Assembly (NCBI GenBank): GCA_951406725.2
Contig: OX597833.1
Coordinates: 18,414,001 to 18,478,000 of the forward strand
Length of the DNA: 64,000 nucleotides
DNA from: Octopus vulgaris
Lineage: Eukaryota
Direction of reading: 5' to 3'
A program made the position numbers and the translations under genes. The notes under the pieces are model-generated. The model had not been told where the DNA came from. It did no database searches and saw only the letters and a list, made by a program, of their open reading frames with translations. Shown in pieces: positions 13,350-28,076 of the stretch; position 1 is the stretch's first letter; each line of letters begins with the position of its first letter.

Positions 13350-13939
13350 ATCTTTTACTGTGTATCTTTCATTTATTTCAGTCATTGGACTGCGGCCATA
13401 CTGGAGCACCGCCTTGGTTCTTATTCTACCAGACTCTTTTGACGAGTCGCTAAGTTACGGAGACGTAAACAAACCAACTGCGATTGGCAAAATTTTTACC
13501 ATTTAAACAAACAATTTCACTTCTGCAAGAAAAAAGAATTATTCTTTTCGTTGTGACTTCTTTGTTTAACCTCAAACTCTAATTCTAGGGGTTTAGAGCT
13601 AAATCAAACCCGAACGCTAACCTTGAGCCCTAACCCCTGACCACTACACTAATGCTAAGCACTATTCCAATCCCTAATTATAAACGCTAACTATAACCCC
13701 AAATCTTAATTTTAACTCTAAGCCCTAACGCTATTCCTAAATCCTAGATTTGACTGGAACACCTAACCTTAAACTGCTAACATCAATTTTCCCTGGCAAA
13801 ATCGTAATCTTCAATATCTCATCTTACAACGGCAGCATTCGTCCTATATTTCTGGACTGCCATATTAGCTTGGCGATAACTATTAATATCCAGCACCGCT
13901 GCTGTAGTCTCCTCTAGAAAGACTTAGAAATTTTAATAT

Positions 13940-13940
<1 letters not shown>
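12245..13940 (+). repeat. Pair of ~115-bp direct repeats (12245-12359 and 13827-13940), each followed by (TG)n
   Basis: CAACGGCAGCATTCGTCC...GAAATTTTAATATAC occurs twice with about 4 differences. Confidence 0.9.
13590..13780 (+). repeat. Degenerate (CCCTAA)n-like hexamer tract
   Basis: CCCTAA/CTCTAA/CGCTAA units. Confidence 0.6.
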
Positions 13941-14003
<63 letters not shown>

Positions 14004-14149
14004 AACTGATGTTGAAAAGCATTTTATTTACAGAATTATAATTTCCAGTGTTTAAACGACAGAATTCTGAAGAAAATTTCAGAATGAAATGTAAAAAGTA
14101 TTTTTTAAAAATCAAGAGAATGAACTAGATTATAGCTGTGGGATAACAA

Positions 14150-14700
14150 TTTACTCAGAGTTGACGCCCTGTGACCTCAAGACGACTTCGGAACCTGTCT
14201 TTCGAGTTCCTTACTGTGTCCTTGGGAAGATATACGAACACCTCCATAATTTATCCCCCCCCCACCCTGCTCGGCCGTGGTGTTGCAGGCAAAGCGATTG
14301 GTGTCTTTCTCAACCGCGCCACATACAGTAATCCATGAGATTGCAATCGGGGGAATTAGGAGTTAAGAAATTGGGGCTGATGAAGTCACAAAATGTCCCT
14401 ACAATCACTTCTGACTCTTTCCGAGGGGTAAGGCAAGAAGCCGAGTCCTACTTGGACTTCCAGCAGCAACCCTCGCCAGCCAGATATTGGCCAAAGTCTT
14501 CAGCGGCTTCACATAGATGTCTGAGTTGAGTCTAAGGCCTTGCTCAAAGATGTGGGGCGAATACAAGCGTCCGGACGCAGTTAGAACGGCTGCTATGCCG
14601 CTTCCTGCTGGTCATGGTTTCATAAACTCAACTGCAGCTCAACAGAATCAGAGAGTCTGCATACATTCAAAAATAAGGTATGACGGTTGAACATCTCCAT
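14150..14700 (-). pseudogene. Decayed Tc1/mariner transposase C-terminus (maT-like)
   Basis: QxDSASC and PNSPDCNLMDYCMW motifs with stops and frameshifts. Confidence 0.7.
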
Positions 14701-14867
14701 AAAAACATCAACACAGTCTAAGAACAACAGGCTTGATATAGTTGTATGGAGAAGGGAGCAAAAGTAATTTTTCACTGTAGAGATCATCCACTCTGCAGAT
14801 GCGAATTTCTCTTAAAAAACTGGAGAAAAGCATAACATTTATGACAAACTGATTAGAAACTACAGTA

Positions 14868-15471
14868 CGAAGGGATGCTGAAGAGTTCCTGGTTTTAGGC
14901 AAAGGAAAATACAGGAGAATCAGTTAATTATGATTTTCTTCAACATATGCGCAGGAGTGGCTGTGTAAAAAGAAGCTTGCTTACCAACCACATGGTTCCG
15001 GGTTCAGTCTCTCTCCGTGGCACCTCGGGAAAGTGTTTTCTACTATAGAGTGGATTTGGTAGACGGAAATTGAAAAAAGCCCATCGTATATATATGTGTG
15101 TGTGTTTGTGTGTTTGTGTTTGTCCCCCAACTCACCCAACAATGCTTGACAGCCGATGCTGGTGTGTTTACGTCCCCATAACTTAGCAGTTCGACAAAAG
15201 AAACTGATAGAATAAGTACTAGGCTTACAAAGAATAAGTCATGGGGTCGATTTGCTCGACTAAAGGTGGTGCTCCAGCATGGTGGTCGCAGTCAAATGAC
15301 TGAAACAAGTAAAAGAGTAAAAGAGAAAATAGTATTCCCCGCTCAGATTCACACACTTATTTCAGCGGTCATTCAGTTTCTCTAATGTCTATAAAAGAAC
15401 TCAGAATGTGAGGCCTCCCACCCGGCCTTTTGCTGTACCCTTAAAGACAGGAACTTTCCAGTAGTCCTTCA
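14868..15471. mobile_element. Mariner-like MITE interrupted by a SINE A copy (14948-15327, +)
   Basis: Imperfect TIRs TA-CGAAGGGATGCTGAAGAGTTCCTG / CAGGAACTTTCCAGTAGTCCTTCA-TA. Confidence 0.7.
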
Positions 15472-17063
15472 TATTCGGACTATTGTTCCTATTATCATTG
15501 GCGCATTAGCAATTGATCTGCATAGAAGCATAGAATGCTTGGGTTCTACAAAAACAACAGAACAGCCTCAGATTCGTATAACTCAAATAAAATCCATCAG
15601 CTGAACGGTGAAATTTCGTAAAGCATTTCAGGGATTCGCCATTTGAGGTGCACACAATCACATACGTATATATATGGAATACATATGAATGCACACATAT
15701 AAGCAGTAATTAAACATACAGTTTGTATGACACGTACACTGACGAGTACAAGTTTATCCACACGCACACATTTATGTATGCATCAAGCCATTCAAGTATG
15801 CACAAACACCAAGAGAGGGCTTGACGTAAACAAAAGCACCGTGCTACGTTATTAGTGAGCGGCTTGAATGCTGCTCAAAGGGAAAAGGGAAAAAGGAAGA
15901 AAAGGACAATTAAAATAAATCCATCTCCAAGTATAACAAACAAGAATAACAACATACACACATTTTCATACACATACATACGCACATATATATATATATA
16001 CTCATATACATGCATGCATGATTGCAGACATACACACACATGTACATAAACACATACATACACACAAATGCATACTTGTATATATACATACATGTATACA
16101 TACATGGACACATTTACTTATATAAGAACATACCTACATACAAATATAGTTATATACTTACGTATATACACACATAAACATACGCACACATATCTACGTA
16201 CGTACACACGCACTCATCAATGCTTACATACACACATACAGATATATGTATCATATACTACCCACATACATACACACATACAAGCATATACACGAACATA
16301 CATACACATATACATACATATATACATACACAGGCACGCACGCACTCACACATATATACATATATACATTTATACACAGGCACACATACATACATGCATA
16401 TATACATACACATACATACACTTACATACGCACGCACACACACATACATACATACTTTATATATTATATACAAACATACGTACATACACACGCACACATA
16501 CACACATACATACATGCATACATACATACACACACATATATATACATACATACATACATACACACATACATACATACATGCATACATACATACATACATA
16601 CATACACACACACATACATACATACATACACACGCATACATACATACATACATACATACACACGCATACATACATACATACATACATATATACATACATA
16701 CATATATACATACATACACACATACATACACACATACACACATAACCGCGTGTCCTTATTTGATAGAAGTAGAGGAAATGGATGTCTCCGAAATAGCTGA
16801 GATACCACAAGATATTTCAATTCGGTGAGTGAAGACTCAATAAATGTCATCCTCGTTGTAGTTGCCGATTATTTAATGATTCTCCTTGATAGCTTTGTTT
16901 CCTATTCTCTCTCATAAAGGGAACAGCAAGTCATCTAAGACCCATATTTAGGGGCTTGGATGACTTGCCTACGATCATAGATACACACACACATGTATAT
17001 ACATACGCACTTTCAGATATGCGTACACACGCATACATGCGCTTTACATACATACACACACAC

Positions 17064-17126
<63 letters not shown>

Positions 17127-17248
17127 CGTACATACATAAATACATTCATACGTACATATATACTTACATGCATACATACAAACACACATGAATATATGTG
17201 TGTGTGTATGTATATGCATATACATATACACATATATATATATATTTA

Positions 17249-17323
<75 letters not shown>

Positions 17324-17345
17324 GTATATATATACATTTAGTTTA

Positions 17346-17379
<34 letters not shown>

Positions 17380-17769
17380 GTGCTGTGTGTGTGTATGTGT
17401 ATGTGTGTGTTTGTGTATACACAGGAAGAACTTAGTGTGACTGGATTACAAGAATTCCTATTCTGTTTCCCACTCAACGACTAGGGGAAGAAATCATCGA
17501 CTTGCTTAAGTTTCAAAACCGTAATCAGGGCCGTAGATAACCTGGCTTCCTACTCGAGCACTAACTTGAAATTAAATATAGGAAATGATTGTATTGTCTT
17601 AGATAGGATGTAGCAAAGCAGAGGTCTATTTCATGAATACCGTCCCTGTTTAATACTGCTTACGTTCAGTAAACCCCACGTATTTTTTGTTGAGGAAATC
17701 TGAAGGGTACATATTTGGCTTACACGAAATCAGAAACACCAACCTATACTATATAAGTTCTACGCTAAA

Positions 17770-18895
17770 GTCCAACCCCTCCTCAAAGCGATAGGGTGGT
17801 GTAAACGGGCAGTGTCAGAGATATGCCCGTCAGGAACTTCGGTTCCTGGTAGGCAACCGTAGGCGGATTGGTCTGGCACCGAGTGATATTAGGGCCGCAG
17901 CCTGGCCAACGGGGCTCTGGTGAAAATTCCAAGAGGCGTCTGATCGGCAACTGGCGGCTTCGAAGTCGTTCTGTCCCTGCGTCTGTGGAGACTCCGCGGC
18001 AAACAGAGCGTCCCGTCACTCGGGATATGCATGCGGGATGTCGGGGACCGCTTGTGAATTAAATATTCCCACAAAACTTCTGTGAGAAGAAGCCAGCTCA
18101 ACCCGCCCTGGATGAACGCCGTCACAAGTACACACACAACTATATAGGTTCTCTGCGAGCGTCGGAGGGAATACAAGTTCACATGTGCTCCACGGTTACA
18201 TGCAAACATACTTTGAGATTATGCGAACCGCAGCAGTTCGTTTTGCCGTCGGTTGTCGACCGTCGCAGGGGATTCGCTAAACAAGTCACCGTCGATTATC
18301 GGAACAAACTACATCCGGTAGTGGGGCTTTGGTACGGGAGTTCCAGAGTTTTGAGGAGTATGGAACCACCTCTTTGGTATTTTCTGACCCGGGGTAGTAG
18401 CCTTGTTCGCAGGTCTTCTCTAACCCGGAATAGTAGCACATGTCATTCTTTCAGCTATGGATTAACTACCACAAGTACCAACCGCTTTAAACTCAGGTTA
18501 CGTCTGTTCCGATAAATTGGTGATGACCAGCTAGTCGACATTCGATGGCAAGATTAGCTGCTACGGATCACACTATCCCAAAATATGTTTGCCTATTACT
18601 GAGGACCATATGTGAACTTGTATCCCTCTGAAGTTCGAACACGAACTCCACACCTCAACAACGAATAACTACTGTAAATGACATCAACACTATCCGCTGC
18701 GCTTGTTCTCTCAGTGGGACATTTGTCAAATTTGGAAGCTGGATTCTTGGAGTCCAGGCAGAAGCATTACTTTGCCTGCTGGAACGTTAGGGCCGACTGC
18801 CGGATGTGGTCAACATTCATGAGGAACGTGATGAACGCGTTGGTCGGACCCGGCTCAATCCACCTTGGGTGAATACCGGCTGCAAGTTCAAGTAA
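17770..18895 (+). mobile_element. Unclassified GC-richer segment, possibly a decayed LINE 5' region
   Basis: Composition differs from the flanks. FACWNVR in ORF 18678-18872 resembles the first APE motif, but no further motifs follow. Confidence 0.3.
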
Positions 18896-18904
18896 GAATA
18901 TGTA

Positions 18905-19470
18905 TTGGGTTGTCCGGAAAGTTCGTGCCGATTTTTAAAGGAAAGAAAAAAGTCAATAAATACTTACCATTACATTTTTAATCAACCAAATATGAACCAT
19001 TTTGTTGCACAACGCATCTCCATCTTTCCTTTAACTTGAAAATACCCTCTTCCCAGAATTCAGGTGGTTTCATGGCAAAGAATTCATCAAAATATCTTTT
19101 TACGTTATCCAAGGAATTGAAATTTTTACCATTAAGACTATTCTGCAGTGACCTGAAGAAGTGGAAATCCTAATGAGCAATATCTGGTGAATATGGAGGG
19201 TGGGGTAACACATCCCAGCCGAGCCGCAGCAATTTTTGTCTGGTTCCCAAAGCATCAAGTGCCGAAAATGAACTTTCTTATCTTCCATTTTAAAGGGTTA
19301 CAGAATTAACACAGGTTATAGGAACATAAACCTTCTTCCACGAAAAGATAGCTCAAACTGTGCTCTAAATGGAGGTGTAGTCAAATCCTATTTTACGGAC
19401 TCAACCATGTTCTAAAATAAGTCGAAAGATAAGCTACTATAAATCGGCACGAACTTTCCCGACAACCTAA
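18905..19470 (-). mobile_element. Internally deleted mariner with both TIRs
   Basis: TA-flanked TIRs TT(A/G)GGTTGTC(C/G)GGAAAGTTCGTGCCGATTT; MEDKKVHFRHLMLWE joined to LGWDVLPHPPYSPDIA. Confidence 0.92.
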
Positions 19471-19843
19471 TATGTAGGTTCTCTGTGGATAATCTAAAAA
19501 TATATGCCTAAGAAAAGGAATACTTTGAAAAGCCTTGACCTGATTACGACATTCTCAAGGAATATAAAATTGGATTTGGATCAGAACAAATGTTCCTACA
19601 TAATAGCAGAAACAAGGGAGAACTTCAAACCCACATATTGAGTTGTCAGATAAATTCGTTCGCTTTTTTTTACTACTCGGCTCCCTGTAGTCATACGTCT
19701 GTAAAAGAGGTAACACTTATTCAAATTTCAAACGCAATGAATAAAAGTTGTAGAGTAAGAATAGAACTACAAAAAAGGCATAAAACACCATCATAAAAAT
19801 ATTTTTCGTGTAAATTCAAATAACACAGGAATGGATTCGATTA

Positions 19844-19882
<39 letters not shown>

Positions 19883-19907
19883 CGTATATATATATATATA
19901 TATATAT

Positions 19908-20388
<481 letters not shown>

Positions 20389-20599
20389 CACTAGCTTGAA
20401 AGTCGCACTCCGTGCGGACTTTTGATTTTGCTCTTGCGAGAGAGAGCAATAATAATAAAGCATTTGTTGGTACCCTACCAGATTTCTATCACAGACTATC
20501 TCATTTGGAAAATTTTTGCATCACTGTGACATTTTGAGATCAACGTAAAGCAGCAGTATAAACAACATTCTTTGTTTTACCATTTGGTGTGAGTATAAA

Positions 20600-21290
20600 G
20601 AGATTGTTGCTATTTCCAGCTCTGAAACAACCAACATAGATCTGACCATGCGAAAATCTCTTCTGCATGAGGTGAAGATCGAATATTTTCAGTTATTGTT
20701 CTTGACTCTTGACTCTTTGACATCGCAAAACTAACTCTTACTAGAATTTGAAGTGTCTCGAAACCAAAGGGCATATCTGCTGGAATCAACGGAATACTTG
20801 GAATAAACATATTTTCTCCCTTTCCTTGTCCAGTAAGGATTGTTGTTTCCATAAGATGTGAATGCATTTGCCTGACAATTAGTTGTTCGATTGCAGAGTT
20901 TTGGAGGATCCAGATTTCTCAAAAGCATGACTGAAACTTTTTTCTTCAATGTCTGTTTGTGAGAAAACATTCCAGGAGGATCCAAAGAGCTAAGAAACGC
21001 AGTAGAGTAATTCACGGCCCTGTTGGGGTCCAATATCAATTGTATTGGTTGATTGCATAAGTTTCCAATTGACAACCGGAACAGTTTCATTCTTTGGTGC
21101 AAATATGGCGCTTTCACAAAGTCAGTCATGATCTTGAAAATTATGTCCAATGTCTGAGTAAACCTTGATAATCAACTCTTCTACAGTTTTGACCAAAATG
21201 TCACAGCCATGTGGAAAAGTGATGTCTCCATTACTATCTTAATGAGCTGCAAATGTTCCAGCATCCAAATCTCTGAATAAGCTGACTCTG
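20600..21290 (-). pseudogene. Decayed Helitron PIF1-like helicase
   Basis: FLSSLDPPG, VMLLRNLDPPKLCN, ILTGQGKGE, IPLIPADMPF and VRVSFAMSKSQ, with frameshifts. Confidence 0.85.
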
Positions 21291-21378
21291 CCGAAAGTCT
21301 GAGCCGGTCGGAAGTCCGATCAGACTGAAAGCCCGATCTGGCCGAAAGTCTAATTTGGTCGGAAGACCGATTTGGGCC
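21290..21378. repeat. 17-bp tandem repeat x5 (GCCGAAAGTCCGATCTG-like)
   Basis: Visible periodicity; probably a transposon subterminal array. Confidence 0.75.
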
Positions 21379-21783
21379 TGAGAAGTATGCTTAACTTGCA
21401 GTTGTCATTTGTAATAAGAACACGTTCCTCCATAAGTTCAGACTTCGAAAATGAGTATCGTTTGTTCTTTTTTCAGTGACAATTAATTATGCAAACATTG
21501 TTGAAGTAATCTAGTGTGTTGTGATAAAATTTAGAATGTCGTGGGCTAAACTTTATTTCGTGGAGTTCATCTGCATGCATTTAGAATAATGGCATGCAGA
21601 TGTCCTCAGATGCCTTTAGCGGAGTATACCCTGATGAAATAATTTGGGCTTAGCTTCCAGCCTATTGCAACCCATGAACCATTGTTTCTTCCTCCCTTTT
21701 ATCCAGCAGACATGGAGGCTCTGCACAATGGTCTGTTGCACAAAGAACATAAGCGTCAGTTGTTGTTGTTGTTGTTGTTGTTG

Positions 21784-21818
<35 letters not shown>

Positions 21819-22873
21819 AACATTAAAAAATATTTTATAGTATAATGCAAAATTTGATTTGCTACATACAATACGAATCCGTTGCCGGGTACGAACCTTC
21901 AATCTTTAGGTCATTAGTTCATGAACCTTAGGTATATACAACACAGAGGCTTAAAGTCAAGTCTAAATAGTACATGAAAACTATTTCATATTGAAAGAGT
22001 GAAGACAACGCTTTAGTAAGTTATCTGAAAAGGAAGATAGTTATTAGAAAATAAGGTTTTGTAAAGTATTTCTAAATAATGTTAAAAATGGAGACAAAGG
22101 TATCCTGTTCTGTGATTTTTCTTTCTTTTTCGTTTCATTGTTTCTTTTGGTAAATAGGAGATATTGTTAAACACCTTTTGATATAGCAATAAAGTGGAAT
22201 TTTAAAGAGAAAGACACACATTTAATTACAGCTTTCCAAGCCGACGCAATAAAATAAAATGGTGCTAAAGAGACAGAACTAGAAAGGAAGAGAGTGGACG
22301 GAGAAAGAAAAGAAAAAAGAAAAAAAGGAAGAGAGAGGAGGGAGAGAGTGAGAGGAAGGTAAAGAGAATGAGTGGAGAAAAAGAGAGGCAACATGGCGGA
22401 AATATCACACACAAAAACCTTTGAATAGCTCCTAACTTGAAAGTTTGCACGAGGCAAGCTGTAGAGTTGTGACGTTGAGGGAACACAACCAGATTAATCT
22501 GGTAACAAGTCGGGAGATAGGGAAACAAAGAAACGAACCAACAAACAAACAAACTACAACAACAACAGTAGATTAGTCTTTTGCAATGAGACCCCTAAAA
22601 GATAAATGGTTCCGAGTGTGACGAAATGTGGGTGTAAACATGAATCACATTCACTGTTAACACCCGCGCCACCCGGCACCCCACCACCACCAAACTAACA
22701 CTCAACAAGAAATTTACGATTTTTAACTGATCCCTTTTTTTTTAAAGACCACGAGCCTTGATTTAATGATTGTCGACAAAGAAACAAAAAAAGATCTTGT
22801 TTTATAGTCAGGCCTAGCAAATCTTAAAAGATTATGTTGGTAAATAACGAAATAAACCAAATCGAAAAGAGGA

Positions 22874-23021
<148 letters not shown>

Positions 23022-23765
23022 GATTTTTGCAAGAACTTAAAACCTATGCAGTTTTATGACTTGAAGTTATTGCTAACTTCAAGAAAAAAGTTGTTTATAG
23101 GCCTGAAGAAGAAAATAAAAATAACAACATTCGCTACTTTATGGCAGAACTAGATACAAGCTTTTGAAGGCGAGTTTACCTACATTTCTAATTTTACTTT
23201 TTTTCTTTAAAGAAAAAAATTACAACTTGTTAAAAACAGAAACAGCAAAAAAAAAAAACAACAAATAAACACGAATAAAAAGCTTTGCCAAAGATCGTCT
23301 GCCGCCAATGATTTTTTTCTTTTCGCTTTGTTGCCATTTTTTTTGGTTAATTTGTTATTTCTTTTTTCTTCATTTATCGTTTCTAAGCCGATGTTAGTAG
23401 TTATTCTTCTATTTTGAGTGGACTTTAGGGTTAATAACAAAATTTAGCTATCGTGTTAGTGGTGTTGAAAACTGGCTAAATATATTTCCGCCCATTTCCT
23501 TCGCTGTCATCACCAACAGTACTCCTACCCATTTTATCACTATCAACAGAACTACGATTACATAACAGCAACGAAATCAACTACGGGACGGAAGTCTCTG
23601 CGTAGTCGCTTGATCTGTTAGAAGTAGCAACCAAATATCGTTTTAATCACACCTTATTCTCTTTAAAAGGATACTTAAGATTCCATTGGATAATCTAGTA
23701 TAAGTACGAGATACTTGAATGAAAAGAAAGTGAAGTTCGTTACAGGAATGACCTCTATCGTAGAA

Positions 23766-23983
23766 CTCTTTTACTTGCTTCAGTCATTTGACTGTGGCCA
23801 TGCTGGAGCACCGCCTTTAGTCGAGCAAATCGACCCCACGACTTATTCTTTGTAAGCCCAGTATTTATTCTATCGGTCTCTTTTGCCGAACCGCTAAGTT
23901 ACGGGAACGTAAACACATCAGCAACGGTTGTCAAGCGATGTTGAGGGGGTAGGACAAACACATATACACAAGCATACACACAC

Positions 23984-24063
<80 letters not shown>

Positions 24064-24066
24064 GTA

Positions 24067-24163
<97 letters not shown>

Positions 24164-24316
24164 GACGGGCTTCTTTCCTTTTTTAGTCTACCAAATCCAC
24201 TCACAAGGCTTTGGTTGGCCCGAGGCTATAATAGAAGACACTTGTCCAAGGTGCCACGCAGTGGGACTGAACCCGGAACCATGTGGTTCGTAAGCAAGCT
24301 ACTTACCACACAGCCA
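23766..24316 (-). mobile_element. SINE family A with expanded internal (TA)n
   Basis: Matches the other copies. Confidence 0.9.
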
Positions 24317-24429
24317 TTCATACACCTAAACTGATTAAATTAATCGTACTTTAGGCGAAACAACAATACTAATAATTATTCGATATTAACGGTAGAACTC
24401 GAAGTAGATAGAGCTATGAATAATTATTT

Positions 24430-25015
24430 CTTCTATAGGTACAAGACGTGGAATTTTAATGGAGAGGGCTAATCAATCATATTGACCCCAGTGCTCAACT
24501 TGTACTTAATTTATTGATCCCAAAGGAAAATAAATGGCAAAGTTTGAACTCCTAAGAGCCGTAAAACCATATGAAATGCCGCTAAGCAATTTTTCTGGTG
24601 TGCTAATGATTCTGCCAGTTCGCCGTTCCTATATAAAACTAAAAAAATGGTTTCAAATTTTCAATTGCGGGGGAAAAGGATAATAGATTATATCGACCCC
24701 AATAGTCAACTGGTACTCATTTTATCAACCTCCGAAAGGATGAAATGCTAAACATTGCGTCCAACGTGCAAACAATTCTGCCAGCTCGCCGCTTTGATAA
24801 CATATAAAATAATCCTTTATTAAAGGCACAAGGCCTGAAATGTTGGTGGAGGAGACTAATCGATTGCATCGACATTGGTGCCTCACTGGTACTTAATCTA
24901 TCGACTAGAAAGGATGAAAGGCAAAGTCGTCTTTGGCGGAATTTCATCTCAGAACGTGAAGACGGGTGAAATGCCGCTAAGCATTTTCCCCGGCAATTCT
25001 GCCAGCTTACAGCCA
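24430..25015 (-). mobile_element. Cluster of three diverged SINE B copies
   Basis: Repeated GACCCCAGT..CAACTGGTACT..TTTAT and GCCAGCTCGCCG motifs. Confidence 0.75.
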
Positions 25016-25038
25016 TGATAAAACTGTAAAGAATCCTT

Positions 25039-25482
<444 letters not shown>

Positions 25483-25789
25483 ATACCTTTATATTTAAAT
25501 ATCATAAGAGATTGTATTAAAAGAAAATTGTGAAAATACTTCAAGTTTTGGCATAATATCAGCAAATTCGGAGGAAGTGGGTAAGTCGATTACGTCGACC
25601 CAGTATCCAACTGGTACTTATTTTATCGATCCCAAAAGAATGAGGGGTAATGTTGGCCTCGGAGGAACACACCTGTGTAATAGTAGGTCCCTTTCTTCTT
25701 CCTGTTAGCGTCACTTCAAAATCTGAAGACTGCATCCACTTGCTCCACTCCTTCCTCATGAATCTTTTAAATGGTGTAACTAGCTGTGA

Positions 25790-26021
25790 AGGCGGCGAGC
25801 TGGCAGAAACGTTAGCACGCCGGGCGAAATGCGTAGCCGTATTTCGTCTGCCGTTACGTTCTGAGTTCAAATTCCGCTGAGGTCGACTTTGCCTTTCATC
25901 CTTTGGGGGTCGATAAATTAAGTACCAGTTACACACTTGGGTCGATGTAATCGACTTAATCCGTTCGTCTGTTCTTGTTTGCCCTCTCTATGTTTAGCCA
26001 CTTGTGGGTAGTAAAGAAATA
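25790..26021 (+). mobile_element. SINE family B monomer with the alternative tail (...TGTGGGTAGTAAAGAAATA)
   Basis: Full head AGGCGGCGAGCTGGCAGAAACGTTAG plus core and tail. Confidence 0.9.
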
Positions 26022-26149
26022 GGTTGTAACTAGATGTTTATGCCTTCTGAAATTACAGCTATCTGAGTTTCCAAGTTTCCTCTTAACATGTTCAGTTCTA
26101 TAAGCCCGAAACTGTTGCCAAACTAATAAGCCAGGTTTCATTAATAAGC

Positions 26150-26720
26150 GGAATTTTGACGTAATAAATACTAATGAAATTATTGTATAGAGTGCTCATG
26201 TGCACCACAACTTGTCAAAAGTGCATATAAAGCATATGCAGTAATGTACAAATGTCTGGGAAGTGAACAGTGTATGCGTCAGATACATGCTTGCGGTGTA
26301 TGGAGGGGAGAAAATCAAGTATAGTGTTGGCGAATCTCAGGAAGCATGGAAGTTTTGAACGATGCAGTGCTCCGACAACTAACAACTGATGCCGGCAGTT
26401 TGTTCCATACTTCAGTAACTGGCTAAAATGTTTCTGAAAGTCATAGGAGAAAATCAAGTGTAGTTTTGGCGAATCACAGGAAGCATGGAAGTTTTGAACG
26501 ATGCATTGCTCCGACAACTAACAACTGATGCCGGCAGTCTGTTCCATGCTTCACCAACTCTTAGCGTGAAAAAATGTTTCCGAAAGTTATGGGAGCTGTG
26601 CTGTTTTCTGACTTTGTAAACATGTCCACGGGAGTTTGAAAAGGTGCTCAGAGTTATTGTTAGTAAGATGGTTGATAACTTTATGGGTGACTGCCAAGTC
26701 AGCTGCCAGACGTCTGAGTT
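26150..26720 (-). mobile_element. CR1-like LINE 3' end with a tandem duplication of ~140 bp
   Basis: RGHVYKVRKQHSSHNFRKHFFTLRVGEAWNRLPASVV; 26305-26445 is repeated at 26445-26590. Confidence 0.8.
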
Positions 26721-26935
26721 TCAATGTATCCATGCTCAAGGAAATAAGGCGTTCAGAATATGGCAAATGCCGAAATTTCTAAAATCTTTAATGCATTGCA
26801 GAAGTATGACCAATTTATTGCAGATAAATTTTAACAAAAATATCTTATATAGATCCCCAATGGTCATATGGACCACGGTTGGGAATCAAAGCTCTATACA
26901 ACATAGTCTCCATCACAAACGATGCCACTCTTGAA

Positions 26936-27130
26936 TCTTCTGGTTTGCACAGTTGTACCGTCTTCTTCACAGCCATTTTCGAATCGTTTGTCACCAGATC
27001 AGGGCTGTACGATGGCTGGTGGACCATTGACTGGAGTAATTTGCCGATTGCTTGGTTTGTTGCCATTGGTATATGTGGTCGTGCATTGTCATGTTGAACG
27101 TGGATTGCTTTAAGATTCTTGTCCGGTTTC
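26936..27130 (-). pseudogene. Mariner catalytic-domain fragment
   Basis: QHDNARPH and HQPSYSPDL. Confidence 0.8.
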
Positions 27131-27258
27131 CTCCTTTTAATAGCTTCTTGGGCATCCCAGCTTCTAAGGCATCCCAAAGCTTCTTGGGCATCCCAAAGTG
27201 CTGTTTTCTGGCTCTGAAATTTCTTAGGTTTTGGAGGAAAAGTATGACGCTATTCCAT

Positions 27259-27404
<146 letters not shown>

Positions 27405-27506
27405 TTTCAAAATGCATATATGTACATATGTATGTATATATGTGTGTATGTGGGCGCACGCCTTCACACACATACACATACATAAATAAATGCATACATA
27501 CATACA

Positions 27507-27539
<33 letters not shown>

Positions 27540-27603
27540 TCATATATATATATATGTGTGTGTATCAAATGAAGTAAATGAAAAACAGGACGCAAAGGAT
27601 TTT

Positions 27604-27696
27604 GCGGTACATATGTTTCGGGCTTTATTGAACAACTTATTCTTATAACAATGCATAATTGATATAACAGATTGATCAAAAGCCTTCTTCAGCCGC
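27604..27696 (-). ncRNA. Type I hammerhead motif with long stem II
   Basis: GCGG-CTGAAGA-AGGCTTT...AAAGCCC-GAA-ACATATGT-A-CCGC: intact core, palindromic stem III, GUA site. Confidence 0.8.
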
Positions 27697-27884
27697 GTAC
27701 AATTGCCACACCAAATCCTTGTATCACATTATAACAGGTTTGAGAAAAAGTTTGAGAAAAAACTGAGTTTCATTGGGAAAGTAAATCCTCATAGGCGTAC
27801 ATGGTATTACTAGACTCCAAAACAAATCGTCCATACCGTTTTTTCACTCGATATAGAATGAATACTGGGTATATATATATTTAT

Positions 27885-27965
<81 letters not shown>

Positions 27966-27973
27966 AATCTATC

Positions 27974-28075
<102 letters not shown>

Positions 28076-28076
28076 C

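Noticed and set aside
13590-13780. Interstitial telomere or fusion site
   Set aside because: Too degenerate and short, and in one orientation only
16745-16830. Short reading frame ending at CG|GTGAGT (also AAG|GTGAGT on the minus strand at ~5950)
   Set aside because: No clear acceptor site or recognisable protein; isolated donor-like matches are expected by chance
21290-21378. Regularly spaced repeats as a CRISPR-like array
   Set aside because: No spacers, eukaryotic context, plain tandem repeat
21550-21612. Minus-strand CTGAGGA followed by an 11-bp hairpin
   Set aside because: GAAA lies 8 nt away from the stem, and stems I and III are absent
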